Shown piece by piece: positions 39,649 to 51,686 of a stretch of DNA of 64,000 bases. The stretch lies in contig CAVPHZ010000002.1 in assembly GCA_963704905.1 (NCBI GenBank), forward strand, positions 139,011 to 203,010, read 5' to 3'. Below the pieces are notes generated by a model. It was given only the letters and a program-made list of their open reading frames with translations. It was not told where the DNA came from and did no database searches. Numbering within the stretch: the stretch's first letter is position 1; every line of letters starts with the position of its first letter. A program made the position numbers and the translations under genes. Source of the DNA: Candidatus Chisholmbacteria bacterium (GTDB taxonomy: Bacteria; Patescibacteriota; Microgenomatia; UBA1400; Chisholmbacteraceae).

Positions 39649-39953
39649 TTTGTCCAGTAAATGATCAAAATGATGTAGATGATGATCATCCGATTAGAAA
39701 TATTACACTAAATGTACGTGATTTAAAAAAAGATATTGCACATGTTGCATCAGTATCAACTCGCCCGCAACTTTTAGTTAGAGTGGCTGAAAGAGTCCTT
39801 CAGCAAATTGACGAGGATAATGAAGATTTAGTTGATCAAAGTGGAACAGGTATTCGAGCGAAAATTGATAGTAAGAGCATTACGTGGGCGTTAAGAAAAA
39901 ATCAAATACTACCTTGTTCAACCGCTAATCGACCGGTCTTCAAGAAGATCTAA
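39636..39953 (+). pseudogene. 5'-truncated gene fragment (~105 open codons, no ATG)
   Basis: ...NDQNDVDDDHPIRNITLNVRDLKKDIAHVASVSTRPQLLVRVAERVLQQIDEDNEDLVDQSG...KKI*; the frame opens at the pseudo-tRNA end. Confidence 0.45.
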
Positions 39954-40073
39954 TCCATTTCACCACCCACAATGCTATGACCAACAACTCCTACACTTTT
40001 TTCTTCATTTGGGCGAGTTATAAACAAATGATGAAAATTGTTCCAACGAGACGCTTAATAAGTGCTTGCGTTT

Positions 40074-40607
40074 CTAATCCTCTGGAGGAGGCGGAAGATG
40101 CTCCTCACCCGTGTCTTGGTTGGCTGGTATCGCTTGTAGCCATTCAACGTAGGTGCAGCCAGTGGCCTTCTTTGCCTCTCTATCCCAGCCCGAAGTTGAG
40201 CATTTCTTCATCTTTTTTCCCTTGACAGTAGTGTAGAGCACCAGTTTCTCACCGCATTCTGGACAATCTTCATCAAGCTGTTCGGTTACCCCGGTAAGCC
40301 ATTCAACGTATTCGCAACCGGTAGGTTTTTTGAGCTTAGCATCCCATCCTCCTTTGCTGCACTTCTTCATCTTTTTTCCGAACCTGGTTACCTGCAACAC
40401 TAGAGGTGATCCACACGTTGGGCATTTTTCATCAAGCTCCTTCGGTTCTGGAATAATCCATTTGACATAATCGCAACCTTCACTCTGGCGAGTTTCCGAA
40501 TTCCAAGAACCTGTACTACACCGTTGTAATTGTTTTCCTGTAGGGGTTTCAGTTATTTCACCTAAAGGTGCGCCACACTTTGGACATGTTTCATCGGCTT
40601 TATCCAT
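40074..40607 (-). CDS. Standalone protein of three topoisomerase-type C4 zinc ribbons
   Basis: Three repeats of CPxCG..L......GK....CS..W......GC.YV.W. Confidence 0.85.
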   Translation of the reverse strand: MDKADETCPKCGAPLGEITETPTGKQLQRCSTGSWNSETRQSEGCDYVKWIIPEPKELDEKCPTCGSPLVLQVTRFGKKMKKCSKGGWDAKLKKPTGCEYVEWLTGVTEQLDEDCPECGEKLVLYTTVKGKKMKKCSTSGWDREAKKATGCTYVEWLQAIPANQDTGEEHLPPPPED

Positions 40608-40748
40608 TCAGGTATCCTTTCATATTATTGCTAAAGTTAAAACAGAATGTAGTTGCTTATCATCAAAACTTGGAAGTAAGCAATAGTAGTTTATATTAAC
40701 TTACCTCAAAAATATTTTACAATCTTCAGGTAAATGCTCAAACGAGTG

Positions 40749-41315
40749 TTAGACCGGAAGAATAGTTTTCTTATAAACATCGTTTAAGACTAACGCAATT
40801 GACGTGTACATTGCCAGCAAGCCACACACGATCCCTTCTAGACCAGCAACTGTTTTCAATACTGCACTTCCGGTGATGTCAGCTGCAGCCAGTAAAAAGA
40901 AGAGCACTGTAAGAGTGGCAAATATGAACTGAAGTGATCGATGAAGTTTCAACGTTCCGATGAAGAGTCCGAGTGTCAATAGTCCCCAGACAAATAAATA
41001 CAAGCTCATTGCCAATGGCGTGGGAGCCTCAACGAATCCAAGCAAAGGCAGCATAACGAGCATAACGAGCGAAAGCCAGAATAAACCATAGGAAATAAAC
41101 GCAGTCGTTCCAAAGGTATTTCCCTTTTTCCACTCCATAACTCCTGCAATGACTTGTGCGATGCCGCCATAGAAGAATCCTATAGCCAAAATCATAGAGC
41201 CAATCGGAAACAATCCAATGTTATGAATATTAAGTAAAACCGTCGTCATCCCAAATGCCATGAGGCCCAATGGCGCTGGATTAGCAGTTTGATCAGTCAA
41301 CAGCTCGTGTTCCAT
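40749..41315 (-). CDS. satP: Acetate uptake transporter, GPR1/FUN34/YaaH (SatP) family
   Basis: ANPAPLGLMAFGMTT, GNTFGTTAF.SYGLFW. Confidence 0.92.
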   Translation of the reverse strand: MEHELLTDQTANPAPLGLMAFGMTTVLLNIHNIGLFPIGSMILAIGFFYGGIAQVIAGVMEWKKGNTFGTTAFISYGLFWLSLVMLVMLPLLGFVEAPTPLAMSLYLFVWGLLTLGLFIGTLKLHRSLQFIFATLTVLFFLLAAADITGSAVLKTVAGLEGIVCGLLAMYTSIALVLNDVYKKTILPV

Positions 41316-41526
41316 CTATTAAGTATAGCGAATTCATAGATTTCAAATCAATTTGCAATATTTAATATTTTTGATATAGTATTGGTGTTATTTCTTGAGA
41401 AATATTTGGATTGCTATCATAAGTGATTTTCTAATTGATCTTCTGTGGTTTTCTTTAAATTTCCCTAGAAGCAAATAGACAGATCCAAAAGCAGTGTCTC
41501 ATAAAAATGAACTTCAGGTGAAAAAA

Positions 41527-41814
41527 ATGGCTACCAAGCTATACGTTGGTAAATTAGACTATGGAATAACCAGCGATCAGATGGAATAACTCTTTTCATA
41601 ATCTGGAAAAGTTGTCGAAGCAAATGTAATTAGTAACCGCTTTTCAGGTCGATCAAAGGGTTTTGGTTTTGTTGAAATGAGCAGTGATGATGAGGCGAAT
41701 GCAGCAATTGAGATGTTAAACGATAAAGATATAGAAGGAAGAAGCCTAGTCGTAAACGAGGCAAAACCGAAATGAGAGTCTAATTTCAGACCGAATCAGC
41801 AGCCTCGACACTAA
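41527..41814 (+). pseudogene. Decayed paralog of the RRM gene
   Basis: MATKLYVGKLDYGITSDQME*LFS*SGKVVEANVISNRFSGRSKGFGFVEM...VNEAKPK*; in-frame stops at 41587, 41599, 41773. Confidence 0.9.
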
Positions 41815-41857
41815 ACTGAAAATAATGTATATACAATAGAAAACGGAGTGGTGTTCA

Positions 41858-42364
41858 ATGGCAAAAAGTAATGAATTTAAAGTCGGGGATATGATAGTGA
41901 AATTTGGTGAGTTGTGCAAAATTGTCAAAGTCGAGAAAAGAAAAAAGGATACTGACAAACTCGAGCTCATTTTGCATTACAAGCCACATTATGCCGTCGA
42001 TCACGGTAATGATGTGATGTATTCGATCCCGGTAAAAAATATTTCCCTGACTTCGATACGAAAACCGATTTCTGATACGCAGCTGCAGGATTTACTGAAA
42101 AGTCTTTCAAAAACCATTGAGACGGATTCTTCAACCAACATCTTTGATTACCAACAAACCTTTAATTCAAACAATCCACACGAATTAGCAGAGACACTAA
42201 AAAGAATTTGGGTTGAAAAACAGGAAAGTAAAGCCGAAATAAGTAAAGCAAAAGATGATCTGTTTAAGGCAGCCTTGAAAATATTAGTGGAAGAAGTTGC
42301 CTACTTAAAAAATACTTCAGTTGACGAAGCAAAAAAAATAATAACCAGAGCCTTAAAAAAGTAG
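41858..42364 (+). CDS. CarD/TRCF-domain transcriptional regulator-like protein
   Basis: FKVGD....G.CKI, IPV......IRKPIS, C-terminal A..ILVEEVA. Confidence 0.75.
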   Translation: MAKSNEFKVGDMIVKFGELCKIVKVEKRKKDTDKLELILHYKPHYAVDHGNDVMYSIPVKNISLTSIRKPISDTQLQDLLKSLSKTIETDSSTNIFDYQQTFNSNNPHELAETLKRIWVEKQESKAEISKAKDDLFKAALKILVEEVAYLKNTSVDEAKKIITRALKK

Positions 42365-42477
42365 ATTTAAATCGAATAGTAACATAAACAGAGAGTTGTT
42401 GACCAAGTATTATGAACGATAGTGTAAAATGTAATTCATGTCGGTTTTTAGTAGATGTATTCTGAATATTGAACTCT

Positions 42478-42945
42478 ATGAAAGACAAAGAAAAAGAAAC
42501 AGCTGAAACTTCAGAGAAAGTAAAAGTAGGAAAAGTCTCAAAACTTCGAAGAAGCAAAAACACCAGACTCATCGTGATCGTGATGCTCATGGCGATTGTC
42601 GCTGCGCTCTTCTTCTTCTGGGGTAAAGCCAGAATTTGGCTGGTTGGAATCTTTATCGTTTTAATAGCAGCTCTTGGCCTGGAAGTGTCAAATACAGATT
42701 TTGATCTCAAAAAGCTTATTGAAACGCGATCACTGAATGAATCTAAAATAGAAAAGAATGAATCCGGTAACTGGCTTATTGATGATGAGCGCTGTCAAAA
42801 AGAATCTTTAAATTGCGATAATTTTGAATATCAAGAAGATGCGCAAGAGATGTTTGAATACTGCGGCGGGCCAGAAAATGATATTCATAGACTCGATGGC
42901 GACAACGACGGTTTAGTCTGCGAAGCACTTCCTTCAAATCAGTAA
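42478..42945 (+). CDS. Membrane protein with Excalibur-like Ca-binding domain
   Basis: Two TM; NCDNFEYQEDAQ...HRLDGDNDGLVCE. Confidence 0.78.
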   Translation: MKDKEKETAETSEKVKVGKVSKLRRSKNTRLIVIVMLMAIVAALFFFWGKARIWLVGIFIVLIAALGLEVSNTDFDLKKLIETRSLNESKIEKNESGNWLIDDERCQKESLNCDNFEYQEDAQEMFEYCGGPENDIHRLDGDNDGLVCEALPSNQ

Positions 42946-42997
42946 CCTATCTTCTCAATACTTCAACTCTTCAGGAGAAATTGTGTAAAATAGCACA

Positions 42998-43849
42998 ATG
43001 GATAAAAAACGGAAGAAAATAAGTAAATCAACCATTATCGATAGAGCATTTGCTTCCTGGATAAAAAAAGATCCCCTCGTTCGGATAGTAGTGAGCAATA
43101 ATGACGCAGTTCGTCGGGATATAATGTTGAATCTGCTTGGAGAGGAGGCTGTGAGACATCACTTTAAAAAATTTCCTCCTCGAAAACCTGGTCAGGGTCC
43201 AATCTACCCAAGTATTGTTCGCGACGAAGTTCAAAAAAATCTCCTGGACGTTACCCTGCGAACATCCTTAATCAGGAAGCTTATTTATTGGGCAACCGAT
43301 CGGGAAGTAAATAATCGATTTATTGATAGTCACCTTGCACGAATTCAAATAGTCCAAAATCTCCTCGGACCTATCTTTTTTCACAGTACCCTGAAACAAG
43401 AAGGTATTATCTTGAAAGGATTAAAGTTCATGTTAGTAAAGAAAAATACATCAATAGGAAAACCAGGTGAGCAGTCGGTAGATGTGCATAATATACTCTT
43501 GGCGAGAATTTCTGAGATGTTGATCCATAATCAAAAAGTAATTATCAACAAGGCGGTTAGTGAGGCAGAAGAACGAATGCGTGCGCATCTCATGAAACAG
43601 ATTCAAGAAATGAGAGGAAAGAAAAGTTCATCTCAATATACTGGACCTGATATGAAAAAAAGTGTTAATACAATCATAAAAGAGAAATTTCCCTTAAAAG
43701 AAGAATCGAGAAAACATCTAGAGGATATGTTGGAGTATTACGCAGAATGTAACTGGCCGGAAATTAAACGACAAGCAGAACAAACCAAACTGAAGATGTT
43801 GGACATTAGAAAACCGCTCACCTTGACATCGCAAGAGGGGACAAGATAA
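42998..43849 (+). CDS. Hypothetical protein
   Basis: 283-aa ORF, TAAAAT ends 6 nt before the ATG; no motif recognised. Confidence 0.7.
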   Translation: MDKKRKKISKSTIIDRAFASWIKKDPLVRIVVSNNDAVRRDIMLNLLGEEAVRHHFKKFPPRKPGQGPIYPSIVRDEVQKNLLDVTLRTSLIRKLIYWATDREVNNRFIDSHLARIQIVQNLLGPIFFHSTLKQEGIILKGLKFMLVKKNTSIGKPGEQSVDVHNILLARISEMLIHNQKVIINKAVSEAEERMRAHLMKQIQEMRGKKSSSQYTGPDMKKSVNTIIKEKFPLKEESRKHLEDMLEYYAECNWPEIKRQAEQTKLKMLDIRKPLTLTSQEGTR

Positions 43850-43865
43850 AATAAGCCCGAAAATC

Positions 43866-44771
43866 ATGGCGAACATACATGTTTCGATATCGGCGGAGCC
43901 GATTTTTCATTTAGGGAGTATCGAGGTTACTAACTCTATGCTTACCGGTACAGCAGTAAGCATTCTTCTTATTGTTACTGCCATCCTCGTTGGAAAAAAT
44001 CTTAAAAAAACCAGGGCACCGAAAGGTGCCCAAAATATTGTTGAACTTGTGATAGAGGGCCTTCTCAACTTGATGATTGGTATAGCTGGAGAAAAGAAAG
44101 CCAAAGAATTTTTTCCGGTCATATCCACACTTTTTCTCTACATTCTTATTTCTAACTGGACGAGTTTGTTACCCGGAGTAGGTACTGTAGGGATCACGAA
44201 AACAAGTGCAATCGAACCAGATAATTCTACTGAATCGCTTCTTGATACCAATCAAATCATTCCCGTGGAAGAAGGAGAACTTGCGCCAGATGCGGGAGAA
44301 ATTATTGAAACTCCTGAAGAAATGAAAATTGAAGAAGAAGTTAATCAGCATTCCGCTAAGACGGAAGAAGCCTTTATTCCCTTCGTCAGGCCACCTTCGG
44401 CCGATCTCAACGCAACCATCGGTTTGGCTCTGATCTCTGTTATTGGGTCACAAATCATCGGCTATAAATATTTAAAAATGAGTTACTTTACCAAATTCTT
44501 TAACTTCAAAAACCCTGGGAAATTTGTTTTAGGTATTCTAGAGCTGACTTCTGAAATTAGTAGAATTATCTCGTTTGCTTTTCGTCTATTTGGAAACATT
44601 TTTGCTGGAGAAGTATTATTATCAGTAAGTTTAGCACTCCTGCCATTCCTAGCTCCCCTTCCCTTTTTGGGGCTTGAGATTTTTGTTGGTGCAATTCAAG
44701 CTTTAGTATTTGCAATACTGACATTAGTATTCTGGCAAATGGCAACGGTGCCACATAATGAACAGCACTAG
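43866..44771 (+). CDS. atpB: ATP synthase Fo subunit a
   Basis: ISAEPIF, QNIVE, RPPSADLN, FRLFGNIFAGE, IQALVF. Confidence 0.95.
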   Translation: MANIHVSISAEPIFHLGSIEVTNSMLTGTAVSILLIVTAILVGKNLKKTRAPKGAQNIVELVIEGLLNLMIGIAGEKKAKEFFPVISTLFLYILISNWTSLLPGVGTVGITKTSAIEPDNSTESLLDTNQIIPVEEGELAPDAGEIIETPEEMKIEEEVNQHSAKTEEAFIPFVRPPSADLNATIGLALISVIGSQIIGYKYLKMSYFTKFFNFKNPGKFVLGILELTSEISRIISFAFRLFGNIFAGEVLLSVSLALLPFLAPLPFLGLEIFVGAIQALVFAILTLVFWQMATVPHNEQH

Positions 44772-44789
44772 GTAAGGAGGTGAAGAGAA

Positions 44790-45005
44790 ATGAATGATAA
44801 TTTTGTCGTAGGTTTCACTATCGCTGTAGGCGGTTTAGGCCCTGCAATTGCAATAGGTCTAATTGTATCGAAGGCACTGGAGGCGCTTGGAAGAAATCCA
44901 GAGGCAGCAGCGCGAGTGCAAACAGTCATGATTTTGGGGATTGCGTTTGCAGAAGCAATCGCTATTTATTCACTTGTTGTCGCACTCATTCTACAATTTA
45001 CTTAA
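44790..45005 (+). CDS. atpE: ATP synthase Fo subunit c
   Basis: RNPEA loop, FAEAIAIY carboxylate. Confidence 0.96.
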   Translation: MNDNFVVGFTIAVGGLGPAIAIGLIVSKALEALGRNPEAAARVQTVMILGIAFAEAIAIYSLVVALILQFT

Positions 45006-45022
45006 AAATTTGGTAAAGCTAT

Positions 45023-45514
45023 ATGAATATAAACGCAATTCAAATTTTATTTCAAATTGTTAATTTCTTTATTCTTCTGTTTCTAATGAAGAAATATCTG
45101 TATGGACCGATCATGAAGATATTAGAAATGCGCTCGAAGAAGATTGAAGCTGGTTTAGAGGCTGCTGAGAAGAGCATTGAGGAGCAGGATAAAATTGAAA
45201 AGAAGCGCAAACGCATAATTGTTGAAGCAGAGAAAAATGCAACTCAAATCTTAGAAGGTGCACGAGTAAGAGCCAAGAAGGTAGAGAAAGAGTTGCAGCA
45301 AAAAGCTGAATTAGAAATTGAAAAGAAACGAAAGAAGGCAGAGGAGCATGTAGTGAATCAAGTAAGTCAGATGAAACTGGAACTTCAAAAGAACTTTTCA
45401 AATTCGGTAGTAACCACAACTGAGGCGCTTTTAAAAGAATCTCTTTCTCCGAAATTACAGCAAGAGATCATTAAAAAGCAAACTACACAGCTAAAAGAAA
45501 TGAAATTTTCTTAA
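45023..45514 (+). CDS. atpF: ATP synthase Fo subunit b
   Basis: FQIVNFFIL...LYGPI...R..KI, coiled coil. Confidence 0.93.
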   Translation: MNINAIQILFQIVNFFILLFLMKKYLYGPIMKILEMRSKKIEAGLEAAEKSIEEQDKIEKKRKRIIVEAEKNATQILEGARVRAKKVEKELQQKAELEIEKKRKKAEEHVVNQVSQMKLELQKNFSNSVVTTTEALLKESLSPKLQQEIIKKQTTQLKEMKFS

Positions 45515-45535
45515 CGACTTTTTTGCCAAGGAAAG

Positions 45536-45772
45536 ATGAAAAAAACCAAAACAACGAATGAGGCGCTTGTTATTACTGCTGTTAAACTCACTGCCGATCA
45601 ACAACGCCAAATCCAAACTATACTCGAGAATAAAATCAATAAAGAATTGAGGATAAAGTGTCGAGTGGATAAAGATGTTATTGGAGGAATGTATATCCGT
45701 ATCGGTGATACTGTGATTAATGGAACGTTACAAAATAAGATAAATAAATTAAAGGAAAAATTCCAAACCTAA
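45536..45772 (+). CDS. atpH: ATP synthase delta subunit (C-terminal domain only)
   Basis: [25 protein letters not shown]. Confidence 0.85.
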   Translation: MKKTKTTNEALVITAVKLTADQQRQIQTILENKINKELRIKCRVDKDVIGGMYIRIGDTVINGTLQNKINKLKEKFQT

Positions 45773-45773
45773 A

Positions 45774-47321
45774 ATGTCAAAGGCAACTGGAGACGTAAAC
45801 TTAATCTTGAAAAGTATTTCTCAAGCCATAAATGAGATTCAAAAAACTGAATCTCATCTCCGTACAGAGTCTATTGGAAGAGTGAAAGAAACTGGTGATG
45901 GTATTGCGCTAATCTCAGGTTTACGGAATATTAAATATAATGAACTTCTTCTCTTTCCCGGGGGAATACTTGGGCTTGCCATGAACCTCGAGCATGATCA
46001 AATCGGTGTAATTCTCCTTGATAAAAGTGATCACATTAAACAAGGTGATATCGTGCGGTCCACAGGTAGGCTGTTGGAAATTCCGGTTGGGGAGCAATAC
46101 ATTGGTAGGGTTATTGATCCGCTTGGAAGACCGTTGGATGGAAAACCAACGGTTGAAGCGAAAGAATTCTATCCTCTTGAGCGTATTGCACCAGGTGTTG
46201 TGCAGCGAGAGCAAGTAAACTCTCCATTGCAGACAGGTATCAAAGCCATCGACAGCATGATTCCTGTCGGGAGAGGTCAACGTGAGCTGATCATTGGCGA
46301 TCGTGGAACAGGGAAATCTTCAGTAGCAATAACTACGGTGATGAATCAAAGAGATTCAGATGTGACTTGTATCTATGTAACAATTGGCCAAAAAGCTTCG
46401 TTTGTCGCCAGACTTATATCACTATTTGAAGAATTTGATTGCCTGGATCATACGATTATTGTTGCCGCAACTGCGTCCGATCCAGCCACGCTACAATACA
46501 TTGCTCCATATGCTGGATGTGCTATTGGTGAGTACTTTGCATATAACGGTAAGGATGCACTTATTGTATACGATGATCTGAGTAAACATGCCTGGGCATA
46601 TCGAGAGGTTTCTCTGCTTTTACAAAGACCTACTGGAAGAGAAGCCTATCCTGGTGATATTTTTTACTTACACTCGCGGCTCCTTGAACGTTCAATTAAA
46701 CTCAATAAAAAGCTTGGTGGAGGCTCACTCACTGCACTACCGATCATCGAAACGCAAGCCGGTGACTTATCTGCGTATATTCCGACTAATGTCATCTCAA
46801 TAACAGATGGCCAGATTTATCTTGAGCCAGATTTATTCCATGCCGGTATTAGACCGGCAATAAATGTTGGCTTATCAGTCTCGCGTGTTGGAGGATCAGC
46901 CCAAGCCAAGGCGATGAAAAAGGTCGCCGGAAAATTGAGATTGGATCTTGCTCAATATAGAGATCTTGCTGCATTTGCCCAGTTTAGTTCAGACTTGGAC
47001 GAGCAGACACAAAAACAACTAGAGCGAGGCGCTCGACTAAACGAAATTCTAAAACAGAGTTGGGATGAACCGGTAGCTCTTGAAAATCAAGTAATTATTA
47101 TTTGGGCAGGAACCAACGGATATCTTGATGAAATAAAAAAAGACATGGTCAAAGATTGGGAACAACGCTTTTTGCTCTATATTGAGACCTCGTATCCACA
47201 TATCTTGATAGAGATTAAAGAAAAAAAAGAAATGTCTAAAGACTTGGAAGAAGATCTTATTAAAGCAGCAGTAACGTTTAATGAAATAAATCCACAACTG
47301 CAAATCGACGAGGAGATGTAA
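45774..47321 (+). CDS. atpA: ATP synthase F1 alpha
   Basis: [43 protein letters not shown]. Confidence 0.97.
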   Translation: MSKATGDVNLILKSISQAINEIQKTESHLRTESIGRVKETGDGIALISGLRNIKYNELLLFPGGILGLAMNLEHDQIGVILLDKSDHIKQGDIVRSTGRLLEIPVGEQYIGRVIDPLGRPLDGKPTVEAKEFYPLERIAPGVVQREQVNSPLQTGIKAIDSMIPVGRGQRELIIGDRGTGKSSVAITTVMNQRDSDVTCIYVTIGQKASFVARLISLFEEFDCLDHTIIVAATASDPATLQYIAPYAGCAIGEYFAYNGKDALIVYDDLSKHAWAYREVSLLLQRPTGREAYPGDIFYLHSRLLERSIKLNKKLGGGSLTALPIIETQAGDLSAYIPTNVISITDGQIYLEPDLFHAGIRPAINVGLSVSRVGGSAQAKAMKKVAGKLRLDLAQYRDLAAFAQFSSDLDEQTQKQLERGARLNEILKQSWDEPVALENQVIIIWAGTNGYLDEIKKDMVKDWEQRFLLYIETSYPHILIEIKEKKEMSKDLEEDLIKAAVTFNEINPQLQIDEEM

Positions 47322-47324
47322 TCT

Positions 47325-48227
47325 ATGAGTCAGTCATTAAAAATAGTGAAACGAAGAATACGTTCGGCAAAAAATATCAAGCAAATTACCAAAGCAATGG
47401 AAATGGTATCGGCATCAAAAATGCGAAGATCTCAAGAAAATGCGCTCTCTACCAGACCGTATTCTACCAAGCTCAAGGAAGTACTCTCTGAGCTTGCTTC
47501 TCAAACGAAAACTGATATTCACCCTATGCTTAAGACCCCCGACACTACAAAAGGTGTCGTTGGAATAATACTTGTTTCATCTGATCGGGGTTTATGTGGT
47601 GCACTCAATTCAAATTTGTTTCGGGCAACCGAAGAGTTCCTCGATACACTCGGTCAGGAGAGGCCCGAAGAGATAGTGTCGTTTGAATTTATCGCAGTAG
47701 GGAAAAAAGCCAGAGAGTTTGTTTTAAAAACTGGACGTACGCTGCATGCAGAGTTTACTAATATTCAAGAAAGTCCAAAATTTGAAGATGTTCTTCCTAT
47801 TACACATCTTGCTATAGAGGGTTTCAGTCATGGAAGATATAAAGAAATATTTATTGTCTATACAGACTTTATCTCAACCTTAAGGCAAGAGGTAAATTCT
47901 CTACGACTCCTTCCAGTGGAGACGAGAAAATTAGAAGAAGTGCAAAGAGATGATCCTAACCGTCCATACAGAGAATACATCTTCGAACCGGATATTGATG
48001 TTGTCATTGATCAGATTCTTCCGCATTACATTGAAATACAAACCTACCAAACAATCTTGGAAGCGCTTGCATCCGAACACAGTGCTCGTATGGTAGCCAT
48101 GCGTAATGCGAGTGAAAATGCGACTGAGATTATTGTCGATCTGACTCTGGCATATAACAAGCAGCGACAGCAATCAATTACAAATGAATTATCAGATCTT
48201 ATTACATCAAGAATTGCGGTGTCGTAA
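47325..48227 (+). CDS. atpG: ATP synthase F1 gamma
   Basis: ITKAMEMVSASK, SDRGLCG, SEHSARMVAM, RQQSITNE. Confidence 0.97.
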   Translation: MSQSLKIVKRRIRSAKNIKQITKAMEMVSASKMRRSQENALSTRPYSTKLKEVLSELASQTKTDIHPMLKTPDTTKGVVGIILVSSDRGLCGALNSNLFRATEEFLDTLGQERPEEIVSFEFIAVGKKAREFVLKTGRTLHAEFTNIQESPKFEDVLPITHLAIEGFSHGRYKEIFIVYTDFISTLRQEVNSLRLLPVETRKLEEVQRDDPNRPYREYIFEPDIDVVIDQILPHYIEIQTYQTILEALASEHSARMVAMRNASENATEIIVDLTLAYNKQRQQSITNELSDLITSRIAVS

Positions 48228-48287
48228 TCATGTTTACATTGAGGAGCTTAGCGACGTTCACTCTAATGAGCAAATCGGAGAAATAAA

Positions 48288-50158
<1,871 letters not shown>

Positions 50159-50166
50159 GGAGGCGT

Positions 50167-50604
50167 ATGGAACTATTTTCTCTTGAAATTATTTCTCAAG
50201 AAACTGTCTTATATCAAGATACCGCGGACTCGGTTACTGCACCTGCCAGCGAGGGAGAAGTAACTATTCTTTCACACCATGCACCCTTTTTCACAAAAAT
50301 GAATCCGGGAACGATTACCATTCGAAAATCTGGGAAACAAAGCTCGATTATCACAGGTGCAGGCTTTATCGATGTATCTCCAAACAATAAGGTAACAATA
50401 CTAGCAGATAGTGCGACACGGGTTGAAGATATTGATATCAAGCAAGCTGAGGAGGCAAAACGTCGGGCGGAACAAATGTTAGAGGAGCATAAAAAACTTT
50501 CAAAAATAGAAGTATTACGTACCGAAGCCTCTTTAAAAAAAGCCGTACTGGAGCTCAAAGCAGCCAAAATAAAACGCCGACAGACAAGCCCCTTTTCTTC
50601 CTAA
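50167..50604 (+). CDS. atpC: ATP synthase epsilon
   Basis: P..EGE.TILSHHAP, VTILADSA..., C-terminal helices. Confidence 0.93.
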   Translation: MELFSLEIISQETVLYQDTADSVTAPASEGEVTILSHHAPFFTKMNPGTITIRKSGKQSSIITGAGFIDVSPNNKVTILADSATRVEDIDIKQAEEAKRRAEQMLEEHKKLSKIEVLRTEASLKKAVLELKAAKIKRRQTSPFSS

Positions 50605-50627
50605 CTTGACTCCGTTACAATGAGCGC

Positions 50628-51107
50628 GTGAACATTCTCGGGATTGATCCAGGTATCGCCAGAACGGGTTGGGGAGTGATAGATATGAGCAGTGGTGAAG
50701 CAAAAACGGTTAGTTTCGACTGCATAGAAACACATAAAACGCAAAGTGATAATGAGCGTTTAGTCAAGCTTCACAACGAAATCAAAATCATCATTAAAAA
50801 ACATAAACCTGATGTTGCAGCAATTGAAAGTTTATTTTTTAACACGAATGCAAAAACAGCCTTAACTGTTGGACAGGCAAGAGGAGTGGTAATTTTAGCG
50901 CTTGCTCAAGAAAATGTTAATATTGCCCATTACACCCCTCTTCAGGTTAAGATAGCAATAACTGGATATGGAAGAGCAGATAAAAATCAACTTCAACAAA
51001 TGGTCAAGACGCTACTTAATTTAGAACAAGTTCCCAAACCCGACGATGTGGCCGACGCACTTTCTATAGCACTCACTCACGCTTATTCCAGAAAACACGA
51101 AGCATGA
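50628..51107 (+). CDS. ruvC: Holliday junction resolvase
   Basis: ILGIDPG, AIESLFF, GQARG, GYGRADK, DDVADA. Confidence 0.96.
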   Translation: MNILGIDPGIARTGWGVIDMSSGEAKTVSFDCIETHKTQSDNERLVKLHNEIKIIIKKHKPDVAAIESLFFNTNAKTALTVGQARGVVILALAQENVNIAHYTPLQVKIAITGYGRADKNQLQQMVKTLLNLEQVPKPDDVADALSIALTHAYSRKHEA

Positions 51108-51685
51108 TAGGAAAACTCAAGGGAACTATTGACTACATTCACCAAAGCACGTTATTTATAAACGTGAATGATATAAGCTATCGAGTCTCTGTTCCAGTGA
51201 AAACGCTTTTGAAGTTAAACAAAACAGGAACGACAGTAGAACTCTTTATCCACACGTACGTAAGAGAGGATATGCTGAGCTTATATGGATTCCAAACAGC
51301 TGAGGAACTGTTTCTATTTGAAACATTAATCTCTGTCTCAGGTGTAGGAGCTCGTCTTGGTTTAGCTGTTCTCTCGTCAGGAACTGTAGACGAAGTCACC
51401 AACGCAGTGATCAATGCCGATGTGGACTTTTTCCAATCGATTTCAGGAATTGGTAAAAAAAGTGCCCAACGCATCATCGTTGAGCTAAAAACTGTGTTGG
51501 GGGATAAAAAAGATATCGACCTTACTGATAAACATCTCCCTTCATTCAAAGAGACGATGGAGGCCTTAAGGCACTTTGGTTTTAGTGTAGAAGAAGCCCG
51601 CGAAGCTATAAAAAATGTAAAGAATTCCAAAGAATTAAGTTCAGAGGAACTCATCAAAGAAACACTAAGAATGTTAGGAAACTAG
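51104..51685 (+). CDS. ruvA: Holliday junction branch migration protein
   Basis: [30 protein letters not shown]. Confidence 0.96.
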   Translation: MIGKLKGTIDYIHQSTLFINVNDISYRVSVPVKTLLKLNKTGTTVELFIHTYVREDMLSLYGFQTAEELFLFETLISVSGVGARLGLAVLSSGTVDEVTNAVINADVDFFQSISGIGKKSAQRIIVELKTVLGDKKDIDLTDKHLPSFKETMEALRHFGFSVEEAREAIKNVKNSKELSSEELIKETLRMLGN

Positions 51686-51686
51686 T

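Noticed and set aside
41527-41814. Stop-codon reassignment (TAA or TGA as sense) suggested by in-frame stops in the RRM paralog
   Set aside because: TAA and TGA terminate conserved genes throughout the window, and long genes have no internal stops; simple pseudogene.
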